DNA of 64,000 nucleotides from positions 137,392,001 through 137,456,000 of the forward strand of contig NC_042998.1 of the NCBI RefSeq assembly GCF_006345805.1, given 5' to 3'. The number at the start of each line of letters is the position of its first letter. Within the stretch, counting starts at the first letter, position 1. The stretch comes from Octopus sinensis (taxonomy: Eukaryota). Positions 51,823 through 64,000 of this stretch are shown here, one piece after another. The notes under the pieces are model-generated. The model was not told the DNA's origin, made no database searches, and saw only the letters and a program-made list of their open reading frames with translations. Position numbers and translations under genes: made by a program.

Positions 51823-52780
51823 CAGTGGTATGAAACTCGTGTTGTGAGATAAAAATTAAGTTAGACTATATACATTACAACATGCCCCGAGCGATCATTC
51901 ATACTGGAGTCAAATGATCACAAAAATTTTCAATCATTCACTCGTGGGTTGTGCAGGTTGTGTGAAAGGAAGTAGTGTCTAGCTGGAATATGTACACCTC
52001 CCCCAAGCTATTTTCTCAATTCAGGGCTTACCAACTATCTTTCTCTTAATGTAGGCTGCCATATTGACCCTAAGACCTTCTGGAAAAAAGTGAGGAAGCA
52101 TGACATGGCCTTCATTGCTCACAATCCATAAGATGATTGGAACTTGGTGTGCATAACAGTAGGGATTTCAGTGGGCTTTGTGTACAGCTATCTGTCATCT
52201 CTCCTATTCACTTTTTTATTTTGAACAAAGTTCTTCTCATTTGAGACAAACCAGAGCATGTCTGGCTCCTTGTGGTGCTTGAGTTTGTTCAGCAAGCACT
52301 TCAACTGGATCATATATTTCTTCCAGGTTTTATTGGACATGATCTGCTCTCTTCTCATAACATAGGATTTGTACCTGATGTCTTTGTGCACCACATGTCT
52401 TATCATTGTCGCCAACACATGGAGATGATTGGCAATGGCCTTTACTGATTTCCTGGGTTTCTCATTTATGATCAATTTGCTGGACAAACATGTCTTTTCT
52501 GAGAATGCTTGACCATCAAGAATTTTTTGTCTCTTATGGTAGTGGAAGACACGTTCTTGCCTGAGGCTAGGGCCAGGACCTCTTTCCTGTCTTAAGCACA
52601 AAAAACCTGATGACTTTTAAGGAGGTTACAATCTCTGAATCAATGTGGTTAGCAGCTAAGGCAATGAGAATGATATGCCTTCTTGTTATCTGCATTAGAT
52701 TTGAAGCTTCCACATTGGAGCTTAAAAAAAGAGGATATTTAGTTAAAATTTGAACCACCTATTGTTTTCAAGACTTTTGC
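51823..52780 (-). mobile_element. Decayed IS630/Tc1/mariner transposon (maT/DD37D-like)
   Basis: ORF 52188-52601 reads IRHVVHKDIRYKSY...WFVSNEKNFVQNKKVNRRDDR; downstream YIFQLDTTSFHT; terminal TA|CAGTGGTATGAAACTC at 51823. Confidence 0.7.
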
Positions 52781-53339
52781 TCCCAATTAGCTGATGTACT
52801 GTTTGTGTGTGTGTGTGTATGTGTGTGTGTGTAACAAGTCACTGGAGCAAGATGCATAAATTTCAATTCATTTGTTTTTACATCCATTTTCCATGCTGCC
52901 ATGAGTTAAATAGAAATATTATGGAGACATTGTTTTTACACCCAGATGCATTTCTTGTTGCTAGTCATTTTCTGTTTTTTCAAGTATAGGATTTCTTATT
53001 TCATATGACTTTGAATATGCATAGCCAATGAACAGTTTGTTGACAAGGAAATGACATCATCACTGCCAATAGCTCAGCAATTTGAGGAGAAGTCCAAATA
53101 TAAACAAACAAACTCACTCATACACACATACAGTGGGCTTCCTTGTACCAAATTTTCTTGTAAGGCTTCACTTGGCTCAGGGCTACAGAAGACACTTACC
53201 CAAGGTGCCAGATTGTAAAACTGAACCTCAAGCCACTTGGTTTGGAAATGAATTTCTTAACAACATAGCCATACATGCACCTTTATGCAAATGTTTAAAT
53301 TTACTTCACTACACTCATCTCAGATACACTCATGCCAAG

Positions 53340-53960
53340 TACAAAAATATTCTCAGTTGCTTCAAACTTACAAAACCATCAACCTCAACAATGTCTCTTC
53401 CCTTAAACCGAAATGCTGTATCCCTGAACTTGTTCCTTTATTCATCAGACTCATTTTAATCTGTCATTAACTATGGGAATATACCTTGACATTTAGAAAC
53501 ATACTGTGGTCTGTCTCATTCACAAGAAAGATAATCCCCTTCTGACCCAGCCATCTACCATCCAAATTCATTCACTTCTAACATCTCTAAAATAATGGAA
53601 ATAGCTATTAACACTAACGTTTTCCGATATCTTTAATCTCTCTCTTTCTCTCTCTCATGCACCACACCGTAACAAGGGTTGTTATCAAACATTCTTTTTG
53701 CATATCCTTGTGACTCTTTTTCCCTCCAGTGACCCAAAATATGGTTTCTATAGAACCAGATCAACTACTCTGTTATATCTCTTGCTAGTGTTATCTCATT
53801 CTTTAGAATTTCAGTAAAAAAATCACTGTTGTTGCACTTGGCTCTGTAAATTCGTCAATCGTGCTTGGCTGGGGAACTTCCCAAGTTGTTCGCTTATCAT
53901 CTCTGCCCATTTCTCATTTCTTGGATAGAAAGTTTCTCCTCAAACTGCAACATTACATCT
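53340..53960 (+). mobile_element. CR1/L2 (Jockey-group) LINE reverse-transcriptase fragment
   Basis: Across frameshifts: KCCIPELVPLFIRL, KHTVVCLIHKKDNPSDPAIYHP...TSNISKIME, KYGFYRTRST and LPKLFAY...WIESF. Confidence 0.7.
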
Positions 53961-54965
53961 CACATTGTATCAAGGCTTGTTTATGTCTCTTACATGCTTC
54001 TTTCTGAAAGTCAAAATGCACACCTGTTGTCATCATCACTGTCACCATTCATCTGTTTTCCATGCTGGTATGGGTTGGAGGATTTAACTGCAGCTGGTGC
54101 GCCAGAGGACTGTGCCAAGCTCCACCATCTCCTTTGACTCTATAGTTTCAACAGCTGGATGCTCTTCATAATACCAACCACTTTACAGAGTGTAACAGGT
54201 GCTTTTTACATGGCACCAACATCAGTAAAATCACCAAGTAACTCACAAGACAAGACCCTCCCCATCTTAACTGAGTGGTGAGTAGTATTGAAAGAAGAGA
54301 TTTTGTGCTGAATGATGAGATGTTAAAGTATGACAGGGGGACAGGAACAGGTGTCTTTCTGAGAGAAAGATACATAGTCAGAGGGAGAGGGTGTACAGGG
54401 AGAGAGAGAAGGACTGGAGCATTTAGTGATATTAGCAATAAAAGTAGAAGTTAAAGATGTAATATATGCCAGGTGTTGTCTTGTTTGGTTTACATATAAA
54501 ACCTGAGAAAAAGCTATTGCTACTGAGGATGGTTATGATGAGACAGAAACAGAGTTCATGATTGATTGACAGACAGACTGAGAGAGAGAGAAGTGGGTGA
54601 TGAAAATATTTCACGGAGATGGTGGTCACTTTTAACAATCTATGCAGATTAACCTATCTTTCACTCCTCTTTAACTGTTTGCATGTGGGTATCATGTACA
54701 TGCAAGGTAAAAAGACGTCATACTATACATACAGTAAATCCATGAACAGAGTTCTTTAGAACATCTTTTGAAGGGGTTCAACCAAGCCTCTTCTCCTTCA
54801 ACAGTACAAAGACTGAATCACTACTAATATCAAGGAACCATTCTTGTATGCAAACCTCTTTTGTTATAAACACAAACAAAAAGAAAATGAAAAATTGAAG
54901 TTACCACAAATACTTTGATGGTCTTTCATGGCAACACCGTATATATATATGTGTATGTGTGTGTG

Positions 54966-55126
54966 TATATATACATTCTCAATAAAGCTGCAAAGACATC
55001 ACAATGTGGTTAGCAAGTTTTTGTAATATTTTTGCAGCTTTATTAATAAAGCAGATTACTCTACCTCCAGTATTCAAGTACTATTTTTTCCACCTTGTTT
55101 CACATTTATGTGCTTACTTTAGTATA
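54966..55126 (+). repeat. Older relative of the 42528-42726 palindromic element
   Basis: Shares AATAAAGCA.ATTACTCTAC...GTACT.TTTTTTCCACCTTGTTTCACATTTATGTG and has a 14-bp inverted pair AATAAAGCTGCAAA/TTTGCAGCTTTATT. Confidence 0.7.
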
Positions 55127-55128
55127 TA

Positions 55129-55659
55129 CAGGGTTATTCAAAAAGAATGAACTGATTTCATTGTGCAATATTTTAATAGGGAAAAGCAATAGAAAACTCC
55201 AGCTAAGTTACAAGTATTCACTTTTATTTCCTGTCTTACAAGTATTCAGTTTCCCTACCTTCTGCAGCACAGGCAACATCAATGCAATAAGAGAATTCCT
55301 CCCAAAAGCATATCAGCATATCACGATCTACTGAGTTGATTACTGTTGTTATTTGATGTTTAAGGTTATCAAGGTTAGTGGGTTGCAGTGGAACTTAACA
55401 CGATCTTTTACATACCCCCACAAGAAAAATCACACAGTGAGGTCTGGGATCTCGCAGGCCAAGCAGATATGCATCTTGGAGGAATTCTCTTATTACATTG
55501 ATGTTGCCCATGCTGCAGGTGGTGGCCACATTGAACACGTGTAAGAGAGGAAAAAAAAGTTGATTGTGAGTAAATACTTGTGATTTAGCTGGAGTTTTCT
55601 ATTGTTTTTCCTTATTAAAATATTGTGTAATGAAATCGGTTCATTCTTTTTGAATAACC

Positions 55660-55662
<3 letters not shown>
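55129..55662. mobile_element. Internally deleted Tc1/mariner-type element with ~95-bp TIRs
   Basis: TA|CAGGGTTATTCAAAAAGAATGAAC...GTTCATTCTTTTTGAATAACCCTG; minus-strand remnant WPARS..DLTVCDFFLWGYVKDRV. Confidence 0.85.
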
Positions 55663-55706
<44 letters not shown>

Positions 55707-56162
55707 CATACATACATACATACATACATACATACACACACATACACACATACTGTGAAGTCCCAATTAACTTGATCTTCACAATAAAGTTTGCTCTACT
55801 CTTAGTATAGTCACACTATCATTAACAGTTCCATTGTTGTTCTTAAACATGCTTTAAAATTATAAACTTATTTTAACATTTAACATATATAATGCATATA
55901 TTCATACACACACACACACACACATATTTCAGACAACCAGAGAAAGCATAAGATTTTAGCTTTAATATTATCTCACTGAGGACTTTCCAACGTTTCTAAT
56001 GCTGGTAGCATGAGAAAATGTGACACCTACTCAGAATACACTATATTGTTTTGAATTTATCCTGTATTATCTTGTAGCTTTGATTGCCACATATCATCAA
56101 CTTCCATGCATGCATGGGCAGGACAAATGATATGTAGAGTATAATATAGATTGCTATGTATA

Positions 56163-56686
56163 ATATGTAACAATCTATCCCCTGTATTTCTCCCCTACAG
56201 ATTTGAAGTTTGTTGTAGAGATGTGAAGAAATATACTGTTATGTGTTTATTATTTATCTAATGTTGATAATCAATTATTTGACCTTTCCTGATTGCAAGT
56301 ATCTGTTAATGATTAACCATCCTAGTTGAGTTTAATGAAATAGAAAAGGGAATTGAAATTTTCGTGCTCTTCTTTAAATTGTTTATCTGAATAAATTATA
56401 TAATAGCACCTGGGAATTGAACCTGCATCATGAGCTTAGCCAGGATTTCAACTATGGTTATTCTTAATTATTAACTCTTTAGCATTTAAACTGGCCATAT
56501 CTGGTCAAAATATTCTGTCTGTTTTATGTTCAAACTGACCAGATCCAGTTTCTCACACCTATCCTACAATGTCAGTCCAAAAATAAGCAATTCCAACATT
56601 TAAGCCTCGAGGCTACAGGATAATGCAGGATAAATTCAAAACAATATGAATAGATAACCATTACATTTGACAGAGGAATCTGAATT
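56163..56686 (+). repeat. Old local duplication, copy 1 (copy 2 at 58381-58887)
   Basis: Collinear over ~520 bp with many substitutions; includes unique-looking flank plus a MITE at the same site. Confidence 0.9.
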
Positions 56687-58380
56687 CTGTGAAGTGACCA
56701 GGTTACAACTGATCAAAGCTGAACAAAGCAAGCTTGGTAACCTCAAAATGCTAATATTTTTCTATGTTCATGTCTCCAATGATTTAAGACAATTAGTTTT
56801 GGTCTCTTCTTACTAATTAGTATTTAATGTAAGGAACCTTGGTCAATCTTGATAAAGCATACCTATGTACAAAAAGTTGCCAGACATGACCAACTCATTT
56901 TTTATTCAAACATAGTGCATCTATTTAATAGAGTGGTGTGAAGTATTAAAACATTTAATTTGGAAGATTTAATTAAGAAAAATTTAGGCAACAAGAAGTA
57001 TGTTTCTTGACTAATATAAGCACTATCATTCTTTTCTAATATTCTGTGAATACACTTCTGGCCTTGGGGAAATATTAGTTTGGAAACAGGAGGGGTGGAG
57101 ATAGTGAAAGGAAGACCATCTGATCATAAAAGATTTGGTGCAGTAAAATCCAGTTGATCCATAAAAGTATGGAAAAATGGACGTTAAAATGACAATGATG
57201 ATCATGATAGCTGCGGTTGGATGGATCTGGAAAACAAGTCTGTCCCAAATGTATTCTCTACTTCATTGGTTCTGCTATCAAATCTATTCTGTCAACTAGT
57301 TTCAGTGTAGCCTCTTCATGCACCTTGCCTCCTGTGCACTATTGTATTGCTCTCCAAAATTTAATGAGCCAGCTGTTCGTAAAATTTTTCAATCCCTGTT
57401 TGCTTGGTTTTTCTTTTATAAATTATGTCTACTTCACAAAAATATAAACTTTATGCAAATGAGTTTTTTTGTTTTTTTGTTCTCACATTTGCAATAGAAT
57501 TTGACTTACTGCTGCAGTAAACCACTCTCTTTTTGCAATCATCAACTAATGTCATAAAATATCTTTAAATTCTCTCCACTACCACACTTTTAAAACTGTG
57601 CTCTACCTAGTCGTCAACAATCCTTACTTAAAACCTTTTTGTATTTTTATGGGACATTTTATTAAAAAAAAAAACCATTTCATTTTAATGTTCTTTACCA
57701 GAGAAGAATGTCTGAACTCAACAAAGCTTGTTGAGAGAGGAGCAGAGGGTGCTTTGCCAAAGATGATGTTTTATCATTTTTATTTTATAAATCCATGAAG
57801 GTTGTGACATGAAGATGCCACATGTTGCTAAATAATAGGTCTTAATGAAACCAACTGAGTTTGATTGACAAGGGTAACACAGTTTGTTGAACTAGAATAG
57901 AATCAGTAGATATTTAGGACCTGTTGAACAACAAAATATTACCTAAGATATTATATATTATCATCATTTAACCTCCACAATGCAAACTCTTTTACTTGTT
58001 TCAGTCATTTGACTGCGGCCCTACTGGAACACCACCTTTTAGTCAAGCAAATTGAGCCACTCCTAGGCCTGTATCTGCGCATGAATATCTTTTAACAATA
58101 AATTTTTGTATGGCTGGTGTTTCCCATATTGTAAACATATTCTAAATTTTGATACCTTTTCTGATGTTAGTCACTCAACTGTGACTTGCATGGCTAAACT
58201 CTGTAGGTGTGTGTTTAGATTTAATAGTACATAATGTTTAGATTTAATAATACAACATAGTCACACTATCTTTGAGTGACAGTGTAACATCAGACTGTTA
58301 TATTATTCATAGTTCTATCTCTACATTCCGACTTAAAATTCCATTAAGGACAACTTTACTTTACATCTCTGTGACGTCAA

Positions 58381-58887
58381 TATATGTAGCAATCTATTCC
58401 CTGTATCTCTCTCCATACAGATTTGAAGTTTGTTGTAGGGATGTGGAGAAATATACTGTTAAATGTCTCTTTATCCTATATTGATAATCAATTACTTGAC
58501 CTTTCCTGATTAGAAGTATCTGTTAGTGATTGACCAGCCTTGTCAAGTTTAATGAAGTAGGAAAGTGAATTGAGATTTTCATGCTTTTCACAAATTCATT
58601 ATCTGAGTAAATTATGTAAATGCACCTGGGACTTGAACCTGAATCATGAACTTAGCCAAGATTCCAACCAAGGTTGTTCTTAATTATTAACCCTTTAGCA
58701 TTTAAACTGACCATATCTGACCAAACTATTTTGCCTGTTTTATGTTCAAACTGGCCAGATCCAGTTTCTCACACCTACCCTATAATGTCAGTCCAAAAAT
58801 AAACAATCCCAAGGCTACAAGATAATGCAGGATAAATTCAAAACAATATGAATAGGTAAACATTACATTTGACAGAGGAATCTGAAT
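58381..58887 (+). repeat. Old local duplication, copy 2
   Basis: Collinear with 56163-56686. Confidence 0.9.
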
Positions 58888-58896
58888 GCTAAAGGC
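58691..58896. mobile_element. piggyBac-like MITE
   Basis: TTAA|CCCTTTAGCATT ... AATGCTAAAGGC|TTAA. Confidence 0.8.
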
Positions 58897-59074
58897 TTAA
58901 AATGGATCCACTATTAGCTGTCTAATTTTTTTTTTAATATTTTTTGTTGTTTATGCTAGAAATAGAACATGATTGTTGAAGAAATATATTTTTTTCTTTT
59001 GTCTATGAGATACAGATATGTTTTATAGAATTCTAAAATAGATAATAATGTTAATTGCATGAAGCGATAAAACC

Positions 59075-59480
59075 TATGGCTGTGTAGTTAAGAAGCTCAC
59101 TTTGCTGCCACATGCTTTTTAAGGTTCAGTTCTACTGCAGGGCACCTTGGGCAAGTGTATTCTATTATAACCCTGGGTCAACCAATACCTTATGAGTGAA
59201 TTTGGTGAGTGAAAACTGTGTAGAAGCATCATGTTTTATATTCGTGTGTTTGTATTTTTGAATGTGTGTGTGTAGGTGTATGTGTGTTTATCTTTGTTAG
59301 TTCCTCACTACTGCTTGTCGGTTTGTTCATGTCCCTGTAACTTAGCCGTTCAGTAAAAGCAATTGATAAAATTAGAACTGGACTTTAAAATTAGTACTGG
59401 AGTTAATTTATTCAACTGATAAAACACTTCAAGGTAGTGCCCCAGTATGACCACAGTCCAATGACTGAAACAAGTGAGAG
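59075..59480 (+). mobile_element. SINE family A
   Basis: Head, centre and tail present. Confidence 0.75.
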
Positions 59481-59551
59481 GTATTAAAATAAGTACACTG
59501 AAGAAAGTTTGCCACTCATGAACTCATATACAAAAGTTTCTTTGAGAGGCA

Positions 59552-59685
59552 TAGGTATGGCTGTGTGGTTAGAAGCTTGCTTCCCAACCACATGGCTCTG
59601 GGTTCAGTCCTGCTGTGTGGCACCTTGGGCAACTGTCTTCTATTATAGCTTGAATTTGGTAGATGGAAACTGAAAGAAGCCTGTC

Positions 59686-59723
<38 letters not shown>

Positions 59724-59943
59724 CTATGTGTGTGTGTATCTGTTTGTCCCCACCATCATCACTTGACAACTGGTGTTGGTGTGTTTGTGTCCCAGTAACT
59801 TAGCGGTTCAGCAAAAAAGACCAATAGAATAAGTACCAGGCTTTAAAAATAAGCTCTGGGGTTGATTCACTTAACTAAAAATTCAAGGTTGTGCCGAAGC
59901 ATGGCCACAGTCTAATGACTAAAACAAGTAATAGATAAAAAGA
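59552..59943 (+). mobile_element. SINE family A
   Basis: Head, central (TA)n and tail present. Confidence 0.8.
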
Positions 59944-61402
59944 TGTTTGTATAAATAGGTATTGTTTTGCTCTATTTCCTTTACTGGGCCTGGAGAAAGG
60001 AACAGTGGCTATGGTCTTTCCAAACCCTCCAAGACTAATGTAATTGATACCATGAACAGAGAGAATTTCAGAAGGTTGACAATTTGGGAGTGAAGGGTTG
60101 ATCATATTGATTACAGCAGGGCATGACAAAGACTTAGTTACATAAGCAATCATTCTAATCTACATAAAATCTCAAATCTTATTCTAATGTATTTAGTCCA
60201 GTGTTTTGCTGATCATTTAAAACTTGATATAATACATGTCATGAAGGTATGTGGCTTAGTAGTTAGGATGTTGCACTCACAGTTGCAAGACCATGGTTTC
60301 AATTCCCAGACAGGGCACTGCAATGAGCTCTTGAGCAAAACACTTCATTTAGTGTTGCTCCAGTTCACTCAACTATAAATGAATAACACTGCAATGGACT
60401 GGCATCCCATTCCAGGTAAATGTTGTGATCTCAGACCAGGTAACCATCCCCATGAGTCCTAGGACTTAGACATTTCCAAGTGTGCATGGTTCAGATCGAA
60501 TTCATTGAGGTAAACTTCCTATGACTTTCCTCTTATCAACCTATGCCACTTTTCAAAAAAAATTATGTTTCTCATGGCCAGACATGTTTTACCAGAAGAT
60601 TGAAAATAAAGGATACTGCTTGTATGGTGATGATGCTCATTTAAAACTCTCTCTCTCTCTTGCTCCCTTTCTTACTCATTCACTCCTCACTCACTCACTC
60701 ACTCACTCAGTCCTCACTCACTCATTCACTTCTCACTCACTCCTCACTCACTATTTACTCACTCCTCACTCACTCCACTCACTCATTCCCTCACTCATTC
60801 ACTCCTCACTCACTCGCTCCTCACTCACTCACTCCTCACTCTATCACTCCACACTCACTCGAGGAGTTTTCAATTTCTGTCTACCAAATCTGCTCACACA
60901 ATTTTTGTCTGTTTGGGGATATAGTAGAAGACACTTACCCAAAGGATCAAGCAGCAGAACTTGAACCTGAAGCCGCATAGTTTGGGAAGCAAATTCCTCA
61001 ACTACTCAGCCATGCATGCACATGCTCGTGTGTGTGTGTGTGTGTGTGTGTGTATACATGTGATTTAAATGCGCTTTTTGTGCAAAAATCTATCTGGAGG
61101 GTCTTTTTTTAAAAAAAAAGTTCAGATATTTACATAAACTGTAGCTGCCCATATTCATTTATGTAATGTTAACTGCTCCAACATAAAGTATGGACAGTTG
61201 TCACTTTCTTTCTTACTCAGATTGGATGTAATAATCACTTTATGCCAGACCAATGACACAATACACACACTGCAGTTGGATTTACACTTTTGTTCAGTGA
61301 TGGTGATTAAGTAGGGGTTGGGTTAGGGTTGTTAATAAGTAGTTGAGCAGCATTTGAATTATATTCCATTCCTGGCTAATCTCTTATGCTGAACTAGTAT
61401 TT

Positions 61403-61477
<75 letters not shown>

Positions 61478-61865
61478 ATAATGATAATAAAAATGAAAAA
61501 TCCAAGATTGTCACATCCCTAACTCTCTGCAACATCCTCCAGTTCATTCAGTCCCACCTTGTTAAATCCTATTACACAGCTAATTATTTCGTTTTCTTTG
61601 TTATGGACTTTCTTTTACACTACGCGACACCTTTTACTTTTGTCCTTCTCATCAATTTTCTCCTATTGATATTTAGAGGATGATTTTGTGTGAAACTTAT
61701 TTATTATGTTATTGTTGTTTACTTTCTCTGCTTTTTGCATAAGTTGATTGTTCTAGCCTTTCCTCACTTCTTTATTTGCTTTTGGATTTTTCATCTTTTT
61801 TTATATTTTTCTTTTTTTTTGTAACAGCTTGGAGAAACATTTTTATTTGACTCATTTATTATATG

Positions 61866-62060
61866 GTTTTATTATTATTATTATCATTATTATTATTATT
61901 ATTATTATTATCATCATCATCATTGTTATTATTATTATCATCATCATTGTTATTATTATTGTCATCATCATTGTTATTATTATTATTACTATCATCATCA
62001 TCATTGTTATTATTATTATTACTATCATCAACATCATTATCATTACTATTACTACTACTA
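61866..62060. repeat. (TTA)/(TCA) trinucleotide mosaic with ~21-24-bp higher-order units
   Basis: Directly visible ATCATCATCATTGTTATTATTATT repeats. Confidence 0.9.
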
Positions 62061-63229
62061 TTTTGCGTTGTCTGAGTTACTGGCATGGTAACCAAGGCCT
62101 TGTTATTTATAATTTTTGTCAGTACACTCATTCTCATCGGATCGATTGCTAAGGAAACCAAAACTCCTACTTCTTCTTCTGCTGGTGGAGGTTTATTGTC
62201 AGGTTCCATAAAATTTCTAGCCAAAGTGGAATGCCCAAGTCAATGTATCAGATAGTTTTTCATCAATGGCTGACTAGTTTTACAATAATAGTTTACAATA
62301 ACTGAACTAACTGGAGGTGTTAGTTACTCAAACACAAGGATGATCATTTTATCTGTTTCCTATCATAATGTCCATTTTTATCTCATTGTGTTCTATATGA
62401 TTTATGAGAATGACTGAGAATAGTGTAGAATTTGTTTTAAAGTAAGAAGAGAAAATAAGCATCAGAGTTGTCTTTCAGCATAGAACAGTGACTTGCAGAT
62501 TGTAGAACTGCATATAATCTTTACTTCAGGGTTTTATAGTGAGGAATAACATGTTATTGATGATGAGCTTCAGATTAGATATTATAGATGAATACCAGTC
62601 TGTCTGTCTGTCTATTTGTTTGTTTTTTTTTTCGTTTGTTTGTTTGTTTATGTTAATATTTCGCTTATGCATTGTGATGCTAAAAACCTGGTGTTAGAAT
62701 TCAATCTACATATGCTTCAGTACAAAGTACAGAGCTGTAATAAGAGATTGAAATGACAAAGGAATAAATACTTACATTATGAACTTCATTAGCTTACAGT
62801 TGTTTCTGCTATAAGATCCAATGCATTCATTGTTGAGTGCTTGAGTATCTGGAGCCTCAAACATGAAGTGCACCCCAATTTCTTAACTCTCTCTCTCTCT
62901 CTCTTCCCCTCTCTCTCTCTTCCTCTCTCCTCTCCCCTCTCTCATATACATACGTACATATATATATAATTTCTTTTTCTGTCACTTCATGTCAACTTTC
63001 CCCTACATGAATAGGTCAGACAGAATTTATTGAGGCAGGTTTTTGTATGGGTGGATGCCTTTCCTTTCACCAACCCTTGCCTTTTAAAAAGCAATGTAAT
63101 ATTTCCCAATGCCCAGATATGTTTCCAGCAGAAGAGTAAAAATGAAGAACACCACTCTTTTGATAGTTATACTGATTTATAGGCATCATATAATGAAAAA
63201 ACAAGGGTACACACACACACACATGCATA

Positions 63230-63530
63230 CATATGATGGGCTTTTTTCCATTTCCATCTACTAAATCCACTCACAAGGCTTTGGTTGCCCTGAGGCTGTA
63301 AAGTAGAAGACACTTGCCCTAGGTGCCACTCAATGGGACTAAACCCAAGTGGACATGGTTGGGAAGCAAGCTTCTCAAACACACAACGATGGCTGTTTAC
63401 CTTTTATCTTTTATTTGTTTCAGTCATTAGAATGTTATTCTATCAATCTCTTTTGCCAAACCACAAAGTTATGGGGACGTAAACACACCAACACTGGTTG
63501 TCAAGTGGTGGTAGGAGAAAAACCAAGACA
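63230..63530 (-). mobile_element. SINE family A fragments (head and tail)
   Basis: Reverse-complement head at 63230-63400 and tail at 63410-63530; another head at 63800-63940. Confidence 0.65.
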
Positions 63531-64000
63531 CACACACACATAGGTTATGTTTAAAATCAAAGTTTAGATAGGAGACTTTAAAATATAGTATCCAAACCTT
63601 GTTTTTAGTATGTCCCTAGTAGTGTGCCTTGAGAGCATGTTCACCACTTACAGCTACCAGGCGTCATCCACAGTACTGCACTTTAGTTGCAGGTTCTACA
63701 TAAGGAATTCCTTGGTGCACATTTAGTATATTTTAAATAAGTGATAAGGAAGACGAATGCTTATAGTACACTCTGTCTTCCCTATCAATTATTTAAAACA
63801 CACACACAATGGGCTTCTTTAAATTTCTGTCTACCAAATCCACTCACAAAGCTTTGGTCAGCCTGAGGCAATAGTAGAAGATATTTGCCCAAGGTGTCAT
63901 GCAGTGGGATTGAACTCGGAATCATATGGTTGGGAAGTGTGTGTGTGTGTGTGTGGTTGTCTTGATGTTGTGTAATAGTTGTAAACAACCATCACCATCA

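Noticed and set aside
61310-61335. TTAGGG-like telomeric motif (also CCCTAACCCT at ~16082)
   Set aside because: Only one or two imperfect units; not an interstitial telomeric array.

Overview
This is AT-rich eukaryotic DNA packed with microsatellites. The SINE and transposon landscape most resembles an octopus or other coleoid cephalopod; that is inferred from repeat style, not from a search. I see no intact protein-coding gene and nothing prokaryotic (no CRISPR, no operon). Nearly all long ORFs in the track are translated microsatellites or decayed transposon ORFs. Mobile-element remnants: Ty3/Gypsy; two restriction-like-endonuclease (R4/Dong-type) LINEs; a CR1/L2-type LINE; a Penelope GIY-YIG; a DD36E Tc1; mariner and maT-like elements; several MITEs; five non-autonomous Helitrons in three families; and at least four SINE families. 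There is also a tRNA-Glu pseudogene and a CpG-retaining island at about 46.6-49.5 kb with a perfect splice donor, which may be a promoter and first exon. The most interesting signals are (1) a hammerhead-ribozyme motif in a small (TA)n-flanked element, (2) a perfect 126-bp palindrome that mirrors half of a second hammerhead, (3) a ~33-bp minisatellite built from a SINE segment, (4) a Helitron inserted cleanly next to the catalytic Glu of a DD36E transposase, and (5) a non-coding retroposon with a fixed 5' end that appears to target (AAT)n. Coordinates of decayed repeats are approximate. Near-identical local duplications at 7-9.6 kb could be assembly artefacts.
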